Shown here piece after piece: positions 11,218-20,873 of a DNA stretch of 64,000 nt. Every line of letters starts with the position of its first letter. The first letter of the stretch is position 1. The stretch comes from Nitrospirota bacterium (lineage in GTDB: Bacteria; Nitrospirota; UBA9217). Location: the NCBI GenBank assembly GCA_963741205.1, contig CAVUHW010000034.1, forward strand, positions 128,001 to 192,000, written 5' to 3'. Under the pieces are notes generated by a model that saw only the letters and a list, made by a program, of their open reading frames with translations, was not told where the DNA came from and searched no databases. The position numbers and the translations under genes were made by a program.

Positions 11218-11661
11218 ATGCAATATCCCTTAATCGGCAGACAGTTGTTGTTGAATCTCAGGCTGGTGCACGCCTTCTATAACAGCTGCATCATGCTGTT
11301 TTTTTTCTACCACGGCTGGCTCGGATTCACGATCAGGCGCGCGCGAAGGGCAAAGGCCCCGCTTCCGTTCTTGTCGATCAAGCGGCACCGGAAGACGGGA
11401 CCGGTCGTTGCCGCCTTGGGCATTACCGGATTTTTCATAGGTTTCACACTCGTTATGCTCCATACGGGGAAGGTACTCGAATATCCTCCTCATTTTTTCA
11501 CAGGCCTCATTATCGTCATGCTGCTCATGACGACGTGGACGATCTCCCGGAAGATCAAGGGTCCCGATTCTCCCTACCGCACTCCTCATTTTGCCGTGGG
11601 CATAGCCATTCTGTGTTTCTACGTCGTCGAAGCGATCCTCGGTCTCGGGGTATTGTTCTAA
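11218..11661 (+). CDS. DUF4079-like membrane protein (His-containing, cytochrome b-like)
   Basis: Four TM helices with conserved His (RLVH, KRH, PPH, TPH). Confidence 0.6.
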   Translation: MQYPLIGRQLLLNLRLVHAFYNSCIMLFFFYHGWLGFTIRRARRAKAPLPFLSIKRHRKTGPVVAALGITGFFIGFTLVMLHTGKVLEYPPHFFTGLIIVMLLMTTWTISRKIKGPDSPYRTPHFAVGIAILCFYVVEAILGLGVLF

Positions 11662-11764
11662 CAGTGCGTGCGTCCATCGGCCTCTTCACAACGCAGCCTT
11701 GTAAACACTGCCTTCGGTGCCCTCCCGGGGCGTGCGTCTTCCCGCAATCTATCCGCATTAACAA

Positions 11765-11793
11765 TTGACTTCCCCCTCGCACCTTGCTAATAT
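11765..11793 (+). promoter_or_regulatory. sigma70-like promoter of the pilM/T2SS cluster (leaderless candidate)
   Basis: TTGACT-17 nt-TAATAT with ATG at 11800, 7 nt after the -10 box. Confidence 0.55.
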
Positions 11794-11799
11794 GTTACG

Positions 11800-12748
11800 A
11801 TGTTTCAATTTCTTGCGAGGAACCCCTCCCTGGGGATCGAGATAACCGCTTCGGCGGTGCGGCTGGCGGCGGTAACCGTCAGGGGTTCGGGCATCTCCGT
11901 GGAGTATCACGAAGTACGGCGGACCTGCCGTCAGGGACGGTATGCGGGGGCTACGCTTCGCCGAACATCCGCGATGCAAGCGGTCTTGCCGACGTTCTGC
12001 GGGATTGTCTCTCCGGCGCTCCCCGCCCTTACCGCCGGGCGGCGCTTGCTCTGCCCGACGGTGTATTTCGCGTCCAGACGCTCGAGTTCGACGAACTGCC
12101 GGCAAAGCCGGCGGACCGGGAGCGGCTGATCCGATGGCGGCTCGAAAAGGCCGCGGCCTTTGACCTGTCCGACACCGTCCTGCGTTACCAGGTCCTGAAG
12201 CGCCAGGGAAGCGGTTATACGGTGCTTGCCTGCGTGGCCAAGCAGTCCGTGATCGCGCAGTATGAAGTCGCTGCTCATGGAACTGGGACTCGAGCCCTGG
12301 AGCGTGGGGATATCGTCCTTTCATGTCCTGAACCTCTATTCACCCGTCATCAGGAAAAAATCCCCGGTCTTTGCCATCGCCCACCTGATGGAAGATTCCT
12401 TCACGACCATCGTCACGGAGGCGGAGGGAACAAGGTTTTACCGGTACAAGGAAGTGAAGCGGGCCGGCGCCGTCGAGCTCAAGGCCAGGTTCATGCGCGA
12501 GATCGAGGATTCGCTCCATTTTTATTCGCACATGGACCGCACGCAGACATCGGAGGTGCAGCATCTCTATCTCAGCGGCGAATCGGCCCTGCTGTACGAC
12601 CTCTGCGAAGGGCTCAGCACCGTCCACCTCGCTCAACGTCGAGGTCCTTTCGCCCGCCGACGTCATCACCCAGACCGGCCAGGGGGGGACCGCCTCGGCC
12701 TGGCTCGTGGTCATGGCGGCGGCGCTCGGCGCCGGGAGCGCATTATGA
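11800..12748 (+). CDS. PilM/GspL-like assembly protein (frameshifted)
   Basis: SLGIEIT..VRLA, AALALPD..FRVQTLEFDELP, YLSGE; first gene of a pilMNO-like cluster. Confidence 0.65.
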
Positions 12749-13300
12749 TATCGATCAATTTTGCGAGCAGGAACTACCGGCTGTCGACTCGCGTTCGTTC
12801 AGGCGCTCGCCGCCGGGAGCGTCATTCTCGCGTTCATTGCGGCCGTGATGATTGGAAAGGCGGCCTCCCTTCGCGCGGACATTTCCTCGATGCAGAAGAA
12901 GCTGAAGGAGGCGGAGGCGGCCGACGCAGCAGGTGAAGCCCGCGCTCATGGAGCGTGAACGTCTGGTGAAAGACCTGAACGCCATGTCGGGCCTCATGGA
13001 TGCGCGAAAGTTTTCCTGGACGCGGCTCCTCTCGAGCATCGAGTCCGTCGTCCCGGTGGGCGTGGCCCTTCAGAAAGTCCAATACAGCCCCCAGGACCAC
13101 TCGCTGGCCATGGACGGCACGGCGCAGTCCCCGGAGTCGCTCCGCAACCTGGTGGTGGGGCTCGAAAAATCGTCTTCGTTCACGGACCCGTTTCTCAAAC
13201 ACCAGACACTGGAAAAGGGGAGTATTTCATTCAATGTGGTTGCAGTTTATCATGAACATAAAGACGCCGGCATGGTTCAAAGGAAAAAGATAAAAGGCTC
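12745..13300 (+). CDS. PilN-like protein (frameshifted, end approximate)
   Basis: MISINFASRNY, TM segment, FSWTRLLSSIESVVPVGVAL. Confidence 0.7.
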
Positions 13301-13782
13301 CGCACGGCGGCGCTCGTCTTTCGCGGTCTTTCTCGTCGCTTGATCTGTTCCTGTACGGCGTTTTCGTCGCGCCTTCCGTCGCGTGGCTCGCCACATGGGA
13401 GGCCAAGTACGGAGAGCTGAGAAGGCGGCATGCCGAGGCGATCCTGTTCAAGAACCAGAAATCCTCGTTCGCCGGGATCATGGCCGGGATCCCCGCGCAG
13501 AAAGACATGCCGCTCCTGGTCAAGGACCTGGTGCAGACGGCCCGGCGGCTGAACCTGTCCGTGTCGTCGGTCAAATACGACATCCCCAAACGGGCAAGCG
13601 GCGAGCTCGCCATGCTGACCTTCTCCTTTCCGGCTGAGGGGAGGTACGCCGATCTCAAGCGGTTCGTCTACGAAGTGGAGACGTCGGACCGGCTCGTCGG
13701 CATACAGGAGATGAAGATGGATTCGGACCAGGGCAAGGTGAAGATGGAAATGAAGCTCCTGACCTATATCAAGGGGCAGTGA
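13252..13782 (+). CDS. PilO-like protein (frameshifted)
   Basis: IPAQKDMPLLVKDL..EGRYADLKRFVYEVE. Confidence 0.7.
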
Positions 13783-13787
13783 GCGCC

Positions 13788-14435
13788 ATGATGAAACTGG
13801 GGCCGGAACAAGAGAAAAAGGCGCTTGCCGTGCTGTCCGCGGTCCTTGCGCTCCTGATCGTCTACCGCGTCGCGACGTCGGAGAAGCCGAAGACGGCGCC
13901 GCTGGCTTACCCCCGCGGCTCCGTCGCGCGGTCCCCGGTGCGGGAGGGGCTGCTGGCCGCTTCTCCGGCGCCGATCCCCTGAACGTGATCCTCGTCAAGC
14001 GGCAGGAGAAGTTCCCGGGTGTTTCGCGCGACATTTTCAGGATGGAAAATCCCGGCGCCCAGGCCGAAACCGCAGCCGGCAGCCGGTCGTTCTACGCCTC
14101 CGCCGCCTCCTCCTGCGCCGCCGGAGCAGACGCCGCTGAAGCGGATCGCCGCGGAGGCCGCGCGGGCGGACCTTTCGAAGTTCCGTTTTCTGGGATACCT
14201 GACCAGCAAGGACAATACCTTGTTCCTGTCGAAGGACGGGGAGCTCTTTATCGTGAAGAGCGGGGACAAGCTGCTCGCGAGTTACCAGGTGAAGGAGGCG
14301 GGCAAGGACTATGTGGTCCTGCTCGACACGGCTACGCACGTCGAGGTGCGCGTAGAACTATCGGGCGGCGAACCGCAGCCGGCATCGCCGGCAGCCCGGT
14401 ATGCCGCCGCGGTACCGATGAAGGACGGAGTTTGA
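13788..14435 (+). CDS. PilP/GspC-like accessory protein (frameshifted)
   Basis: N-terminal TM, RDIF, Pro-rich linker, FRFLGYL..FLSKDGELFIVKSGD. Confidence 0.55.
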
Positions 14436-14576
14436 GGGATGAGGCACGAAGGACGAGAGATGAGGGACGAAGGACGCGAAAGCTTTTTCGTCTATCGTCC
14501 TAGCGAGCAAACGAACGATCGTCCATCGTCCGTCGTGCAGTTCCGTCGTCCTTCGTTTCAACAAGGGAGGAAGTAG

Positions 14577-16941
14577 ATGATGAAAAGGATCGTGCACCAG
14601 CTCATGGCAGTCATGCTGTCTGCGGTGCTTCTGAGCTGCGCGGGCTCCCAGGCGTTCCAGCGGGGCGAGAAGTACGCCCAGCACGGCGAGTGGGACCTTG
14701 CGGTGAAGGAATACCGCGAGGCCAACAAGCGCGACCCCCACAACATCGAGTACCGTTCCGCGCTGCTCCGGGCGGAGGAAACCGCGGCGAACGAACACTA
14801 CAAAAAGGCCCGCAACTTCCTGAAGGAACGCAAGCTCGACCAGGCCATCGTCGAACTCCAGCAGGCCATCTACCTGAACCCCACCAACGCGGCGATCCAG
14901 AGCGCGCTCAGGTCGGTCCTTGACATGAAACAGGCCGAGGAGCACTACCGCGCGTCGCTCACCTTCGTGGAGCTCAACCGGCTCGGCGAGGCCATCAACG
15001 AACTGATGCAGGCCGTCAATCTGGACCCCGAGAACGTCAAGTACCAGGACGCCCTGGACAAGCTCCAGAAGAAGAAGACCGAGATCGAGCCGGAAGACGC
15101 ACTCTCGCTGGTTTCGGACAAGCCCATAACGCTCAACTTCAAGAACACGAACATCAAGGACGTTTTCGAGTTCCTCGCCAAGCTCTCCGGCATCAACATC
15201 CTTTTCGACGAGGAGGTGAAGGCCCAGCCCGTGACCGTCTTCGTCAAGGACGTGTCGTTCCAGTACGCGCTGAACCTGCTCCTCTCCACGAACAAGCTCT
15301 TCATGAAGAAGATCAGCGCGGACACCATCATCATCATCCCCAAGAGCAAGGCCAAGACCGACCAGTACCAGGACCTGATGGTCAAGACCTTCTATATCAA
15401 CAATGCGAAGTCGAAGGAAATCGTCAACCTGGTCCGCTCCATGCTCGACGTCAAGCGGGTGTATGTGAACGAAATGCTGAACTCCATCACCATCCGCGAA
15501 ACGCCGGAAAAGATGAAGCTGGTCGAGAAGATCATCGCGGCGAACGACCTCAAGGAGGCGGAGGTCATCCTCGATGTCGAGATCCTCGAGATCTCGCGGA
15601 CGAACGCGCTGAAGTACGGCTGGAATTTCCAGCCCGGCCTGTACCGCAACCGCATCGATTCAGCCGACGACCACCTCCACCACCGTGAACGCTAACGCCG
15701 GGCATTGCCCTGAGCGAACTCAGGAACCTGACGAGCAACAACGTCATTCATATCGCTCCCGAGCCTGGTGCGTGACCCTCATCAAGCAGGATTCGGACGC
15801 CCAGACCCTGGCAAATCCCCGGGTGCGCGTTCTGAACAATAAACAGGCAAAATTCCATATCGGAGACAAAATACCGGTCCAGACCTCGACCATCCAGTCC
15901 ACGGTGGTCGGCCAGGTAACGTCGAATTTTGAGTATAAAGACGTCGGCATCAAGCTCAACATCGAGCCGACCATCCACCTCAATAACACGGTGACGCTCA
16001 AGCTCGCATGGAAATCAGCACCCTGGGAGACCAGCTGGACTTGGGCAACGGCCAGAAGCCGTTCAGGTTTGGCACGAGGAACACGGAAACACTCATCAAC
16101 CTCCGCGACGGAGAGACGGTAATCATCGGCGGCCTGATCAAGGACGAGGAGCGCAAGACACGGAACAAGATACCCCTCCTCGGAGACATCCCGATCCTGG
16201 GCAAGCTCTTCTCCGCGGCCGACGACGGAACGATCAAGACCGACATCCTCATGTCGATTACGCCAAACATCGTCCGGAACATGGAACTGCCGGACAAGGA
16301 CACGCAGGCTTTCTGGTCCGGCACCGAAGAAAACTTCGACACGAAACCGCTCTTCGTTACAGCCGGCAAAAGCACGAAGGCTGCGGAAAAACCGCTCGAC
16401 AAGACGGCGGTTCTGGAATCGATGGCAAAGCGGGAAGCGGCGCCGTCCCGGCAGGCGCAGAAGCGGCAAAGCAGCCGCCGGCGCCGACGACCGCGGCGGC
16501 CGCGCAGCCGGCCGCGGAAGGTACGTCCGTACTTCTGGAATTGAAGCCTCCCGAAAACGCTGTCACAGGTCGGACAGGAATCGCGGTTCGATATCTCTGC
16601 GGGAAGCGTCAAAGACCTTTACGGAGTGATCATGACGCTCAGCTATGATCCCAAGATCGTGGAATTCAAGACCGCCGGCGAAGGGACGCTCCTCAAAAAG
16701 GACGGTCAGCAGACTTCGTTCCTGTTCTCGAACAATATCAAGGCGGGGACCGTGGACATCTACATGACCCGCATCGGCGACGTGGGCGGGGTGGGCGGCT
16801 CCGGGAGCTCTGTGCACGGTTGTGTTCCAGGGCAAGTCGGGCGGGACGAGCGAACTGGCCCTGAAGAGCGTCAAGCTCACGAATTTCAATCGCGAGCAGA
16901 TCAAGACGGACGCCAGGGGCGCCAAGGTGGTTGTGAAGTAA
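14577..16941 (+). CDS. gspD: Type II secretion secretin (GspD/PulD-like) with lipobox, TPR repeats and C-terminal cohesin-like domain (frameshifted)
   Basis: LLSC lipobox, TPRs, ITLNFKNTNIKDVF, LANPRVRVLNNKQAKFHIGDKIP, KIPLLGDIPILGKLF, LSYDPKIVEF. Confidence 0.85.
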
Positions 16942-16946
16942 TTCAC

Positions 16947-17491
16947 ATGCGGAATTCCCCCGATAAAATCGTTCGAGGGCAGGCTCCATTCGGAATGCGG
17001 AATAGTGGTGTGAAGCGGGATCACGCTCGATCGAACTGCTCGTGGTGATCTCCATCGTGGCAATCCTGGCCACGGCGGCGATGCCGCTGTCGCGCATGAC
17101 AATGCAGAGAACGAAGGAGATCGAGCTCAGGAACGACCTCAGGACCCTGCGGACGGCAATCGACGCGTTCAAAAAGGATTGCGAAAACAAAAAACTCTCG
17201 ACCTTTGAAGGCTACTGCAAGACCGAGCAGAACAACTACCCCGACACTCTTGAACAGTTGACGGAGCCGCTGAAGATGAGCGGCGCGGTGGACAAGACCG
17301 TCAAGTATCTCCGCAGGATCCCGCGGGACCCAATGACGGCGCCGGAGTCGGCCGACAAACCGAACAACTGGGGACTTCGCTCCTACAGCGATCCGCCGGA
17401 TTCCACGCAGTGGGGCGGGGGCAATGTGTACGACGTCTATTCGAAGAGCGATAAGATAGGCCTTGACGGATCGAAGTACAGCACGTGGTAG
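16947..17491 (+). CDS. Type II secretion pseudopilin (GspG-like), start approximate
   Basis: G-ITLIELLVVISIVAILA N-methylation motif across a frameshift; YLRRIPRDPMT; DGSKYSTW. Confidence 0.8.
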
Positions 17492-17556
17492 AACAGTGAT
17501 TACAATGCGGAATGCGGAATGAATAAACAGTATGCATAGCGGCTGAGGTTGATAGA

Positions 17557-18066
17557 ATGGTATGGCAGGTGGCAGAGAACAAGAGCGAGGAGATACTGCG
17601 AAATAGAGAACGGGTCCGGAATCAGAAGACCGAGCGAATTCCGAAGGTCTTTCACTCCGCATATCCGCAATCCGCAATCCGCAATCGAAAGGCTTTACCC
17701 TCATCGAACTCATGATCGTGATCTCGATCATGGGAATCCTCATCGCGATCGCCGCGCCGAACCTCAAAGTGTCCATTATCAGGGCGCGCGAGGCCGTGCT
17801 CAGGGAAGACCTGTTCCAGATGCGCGAAGCCATCGACCAGTACTATGCTGACAACGGCAAATTCCCCCCGACGCTCAAGGACCTGATCAATGCCCAGGAT
17901 CGGACGAGAAGCTACCTGCGCGACATCCCCAAAGACCCCTTTACGGGCGCAGACGACTGGATCACAGTGGCGCCGGAAGGAACGGACGCGGAAGGCGGCG
18001 TCTTCGACGTGCACAGCGCGAGCCCGCTTCTTGGCCGTGGACGGCACTGCGTACAATACCTGGTGA
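17557..18066 (+). CDS. Type II secretion pseudopilin (GspG/OxpG-like), start approximate
   Basis: KGFTLIELMIVISIMGIL; AIDQYYADNGKFP; YLRDIPKDPFTG; DGTAYNTW*. Confidence 0.8.
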
Positions 18067-18239
18067 TTGTTCCCCACGCCCTACTTCGTCGCAAAAAACG
18101 AACGTTTCCCGGGGATGACCATCAGCTCCGGTTTGTGAAGTATATTATTTATCATGGTAACCCGGCCACCCGGTTTTTTCTCCCCTGTTGCGTAAACTGA
18201 CCAAAATTATAGATATCCTTCAGTGGCATAGTAATTGAA

Positions 18240-18903
18240 ATGTGCTTTGCTTATAAAAAGAAGGCAGGACGGCAGTCTGTCTGGATTACTAGCGAGCTAT
18301 TCAGGTTCGTTCCTACTGGAGGCTCAAAACAGCGGCAAGACAAAACTATATATGAGCACCGGCTGATGCTTGGCACAAAGTCGGTCGATCTGGGCGAACT
18401 TAAGTTCAAAGCTCATGATGAGTACGAGGTTCCGGCGGCTATCACCATTTCCCGGGAGTCCGAGAAATGGTATGTCTCCTTCTCCTATGAGAAGCAAGGC
18501 GCGGTTTTAAGCGAGCAGGAACTTCTCGAGCTTTACGGCGGCATGTCAACAGAGAGTCTTAATACCGTTACCTTGGGAATGGACCGAGGGGTTGATAATC
18601 CCGCTGGCAACGAGCGACGGATTTATGTATGACTTCTCCGGCATACAAAAGGAGCGTCTGGCAAAAAAGGATGCCGGAAGAAGAGATATCAGAGCAAATG
18701 GCAAGCGGATCAGTGACCGCCCGCATAAGCAAGCTGCAGCGAAATCAGCCGGTGCCAGGCTTATGCTGCCAATGTGAGGCATGATTTCGCGCATAAGGCC
18801 AGCCGCAGCTCGCGGATTCACCCGCGGAGGTGTTCGTCTTCGAGGACCGCAAGGTCAAGAACATGACCAGAGTGCCAAAACCTAGGAAGTCAGCCGGCGG
18901 GAC
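18240..18903 (+). pseudogene. tnpB: IS200/IS605 TnpB remnant, 5' part (interrupted by IS110)
   Basis: ITISRESEKWYVSFS, TLGMDRGV (RuvC-I), HDFAHKAS, VFVFEDRKVKNMTR (RuvC-II); frameshifted. Confidence 0.8.
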
Positions 18904-19039
18904 ATCCTATAATGCCCCTGTCAAGTACAAGTTCAGCACACTGATCTTTCAACACGATGGCAAACGGCACTTAAGCAGGGCGTAGTTCGCCATATAACCC
19001 GCGATGGGCATTCGTGCTTTTCTTCGACGATTCTCTCAC

Positions 19040-19190
19040 TGAAGCGAACTTGCTCTCTCAGCGTTATATTATCCGGCGTGCCGTTGCCGCCAAGCATCCC
19101 TTATCCAGATTCCAAGTTCTATGAGAGGCCCTGCATTGTCCCGCACGAGGTCATTTGCCTCAACGTATTGTCTCGGGCTCTCTACGTCGA
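19040..19190 (-). ncRNA. Predicted bridge/seek RNA core with target-binding and donor-binding loops (full transcript extent unknown)
   Basis: Target-matching loop segments at 19138-19144 and 19163-19168 around the GAGG/CCTC stem; donor-matching segments at 19063-19069 and 19095-19099 around the GGCG/CGCC stem; outer stems GAACTTG/CAAGTTC and GAGAGGCCC/GGGCTCTC. Confidence 0.7.
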
Positions 19191-19264
19191 AATATAATTT
19201 TCAGGGCTTCTTGCTCGGAAAACGCACGAGCAGGAAGCCCGTATTTGAGTCCTCTCGATCTAGC

Positions 19265-20555
19265 CTATGCCTTGCTATCCCCCTGGTTGAGGTATTTGGG
19301 GTCGTACGGCTCCTTCTTTTTCATCAGGGTCCAGGCAATGATCAGAAGCTTCGCTGCAAGTTTCACCCGCATCTTGGTGCCGATCCCTTTCTCCCGCTCC
19401 CGTCCCCGGATCTTGTTCGTGTGGTAAATGATAAACTCTTTGTTGTTGAGCGAGCAGATGATCGCCGCCGGATATAGTGCATAGCGAAGATCGCCTTTCC
19501 CATGTTTGGAGATCACGGCGTGGCGCTCTGTGACGTCTTCCCGCTTCGGCTCGCGCATAGGTCGAAGCCGGCCATCTTCAAGACCTGTTTGCCGGCCGTA
19601 AAGCGCTTGGGGTCTCCAATGGCGGCGAGGACCTTGGCTGACACATCCGGACCAAACCCCGGGATCGTGAGAAGGAACGAGTACTCCGGAAACTTCAGGC
19701 AGATGTCCACGATCTTGTCTTCAAGGTTCTTCATCGTCTCTCGGACGCGATGGAGAGCCGCCACCATGATCTGTGCCTCCACGGACACTGCTTCTCCGAC
19801 GATACAGCCTATGGACTGCTTGGCAGCCCGCCATATCTGCGTAAGCCGACCTGCTGAGGCAAACTCACCTTGCCGGGCGAGACGGTCCGGCAGAATTCAT
19901 CGTACTCCATGACCGAGATCAGCGAAGGGTCCAGACAGCGGCTTACCACGTTCAGACTCGCCACTGACCCGAAGTGCTGGTCCATCTCCGGGAAGTACTG
20001 GGCCAAAAGCTGATTGCGGATGCGGACCCGAAGGCCGTGCTCCTCCTTCTTGAGCCGTTTCTTTAAGGACAACAGGCCCCGCAGGGACCGAAGATCCTCT
20101 CCCGGGCAGTCGTAGTACAGGCATTTCCCTTGGGCTATCAGGTCGGCGACATTGGCGGAATCCTTCGTGTCGTGCTTATCCCACCGGCCGTCCAGAAGCT
20201 CCCGGTTCTTTGACGTGGCCGCCGCAGATACCAGAACCACCAAGTGCCCCCCCTTGATAAGATACTCTCCCAAGGGCTTGTGGTAGTTGGCCGTGGGCTC
20301 CAAGCCGAAGACCACCTTCCGGTGGCCGTGCTGCACCTTGAGGGCGTCCGTCTGGATCAAAAGCTTCTGAAAGCCCTCATAGGTATTGTCAAAGAACATT
20401 CCTTTGTGCAGCGTCTTGCCGGCGGCCGTGCCGAAGAAAGCGTTGTGCCGTTCCTTGGCGATGTCCAGGCCGATAATCAAATACTCCGTTGAACCTCGAA
20501 TCTCCTTTTGGAATCGACAAAACTGCTCGCGTCTGCTATCATTGAAATCATTCAC
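19265..20555 (-). CDS. IS110-family recombinase/transposase (DEDD RuvC + Tnp_20), two frameshifts
   Basis: LIIGLDIAK, GLEPTANYHK, KHDTKDS; LLTIPGFGP..AAIGD..GFDLCASRSGK..ISKHGKGDLRYALY; GTG start behind AGGAGG. Confidence 0.9.
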
Positions 20556-20616
20556 AGAAACCTCCTGCCTCAAGAATTTAGTTCCCGCATGAACTTATTC
20601 TTAGCAGGAGGTTTCT
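20556..20616 (-). promoter_or_regulatory. Anti-Shine-Dalgarno hairpin upstream of the IS110 recombinase
   Basis: Perfect 13-bp inverted repeat AGAAACCTCCTGC (20556-20568) / GCAGGAGGTTTCT (20604-20616) covering the RBS. Confidence 0.7.
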
Positions 20617-20691
20617 ATTTTGGATAGATTGAAAAAGAACTTCCTCTATGATTTACTGGGGAAGATCAACCTCATGCTCTATCCATATATA

Positions 20692-20745
20692 ACGTATATC
20701 CCGAACGGATCAAAGGCCAAGGCCGGTCTCAACAAGTCCATAATT
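20692..20745 (+). pseudogene. tnpB: TnpB remnant, 3' continuation
   Basis: TYIPNGSKAKAGLNKSI matches the TnpB 'NG.KAK.GLN.SI' motif; no zinc finger or RuvC-III recognisable afterwards. Confidence 0.75.
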
Positions 20746-20873
20746 GAAGTGATGCGGAATATCGCGTGGCGACGGATGCTATTAAACCTCTTCCTATCGA
20801 GAGTGTCTCATTCCATTGACGGACTCCGCATATCGGAGAGGGGCGGAGATTATCCATTTCGGGAGGGAATCAT

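Larger units (their letters stand above)
18902..20693 (-). mobile_element. IS110-family (IS1111-like layout) insertion sequence, ~1.79 kb, AC/GT core at both ends
   Basis: Removing 18904-20693 restores tnpB in frame (GGG AC|G TAT ATC CCG AAC); AC at 18902-18903 and 20692-20693; no TSD beyond the 2-bp core. Confidence 0.85.

Noticed and set aside
18989-18998. GCCATATAAC resembling the IS left end as a third guide segment
   Set aside because: It is in the opposite orientation to the donor guide on the predicted RNA and has no partner segment; it may be chance or a subterminal site.
18240-20745. Functional TnpB/omegaRNA or Cas12-like system
   Set aside because: tnpB is 5'-truncated, frameshifted, IS-interrupted and lacks the zinc finger and RuvC-III; no CRISPR array is seen in the window.
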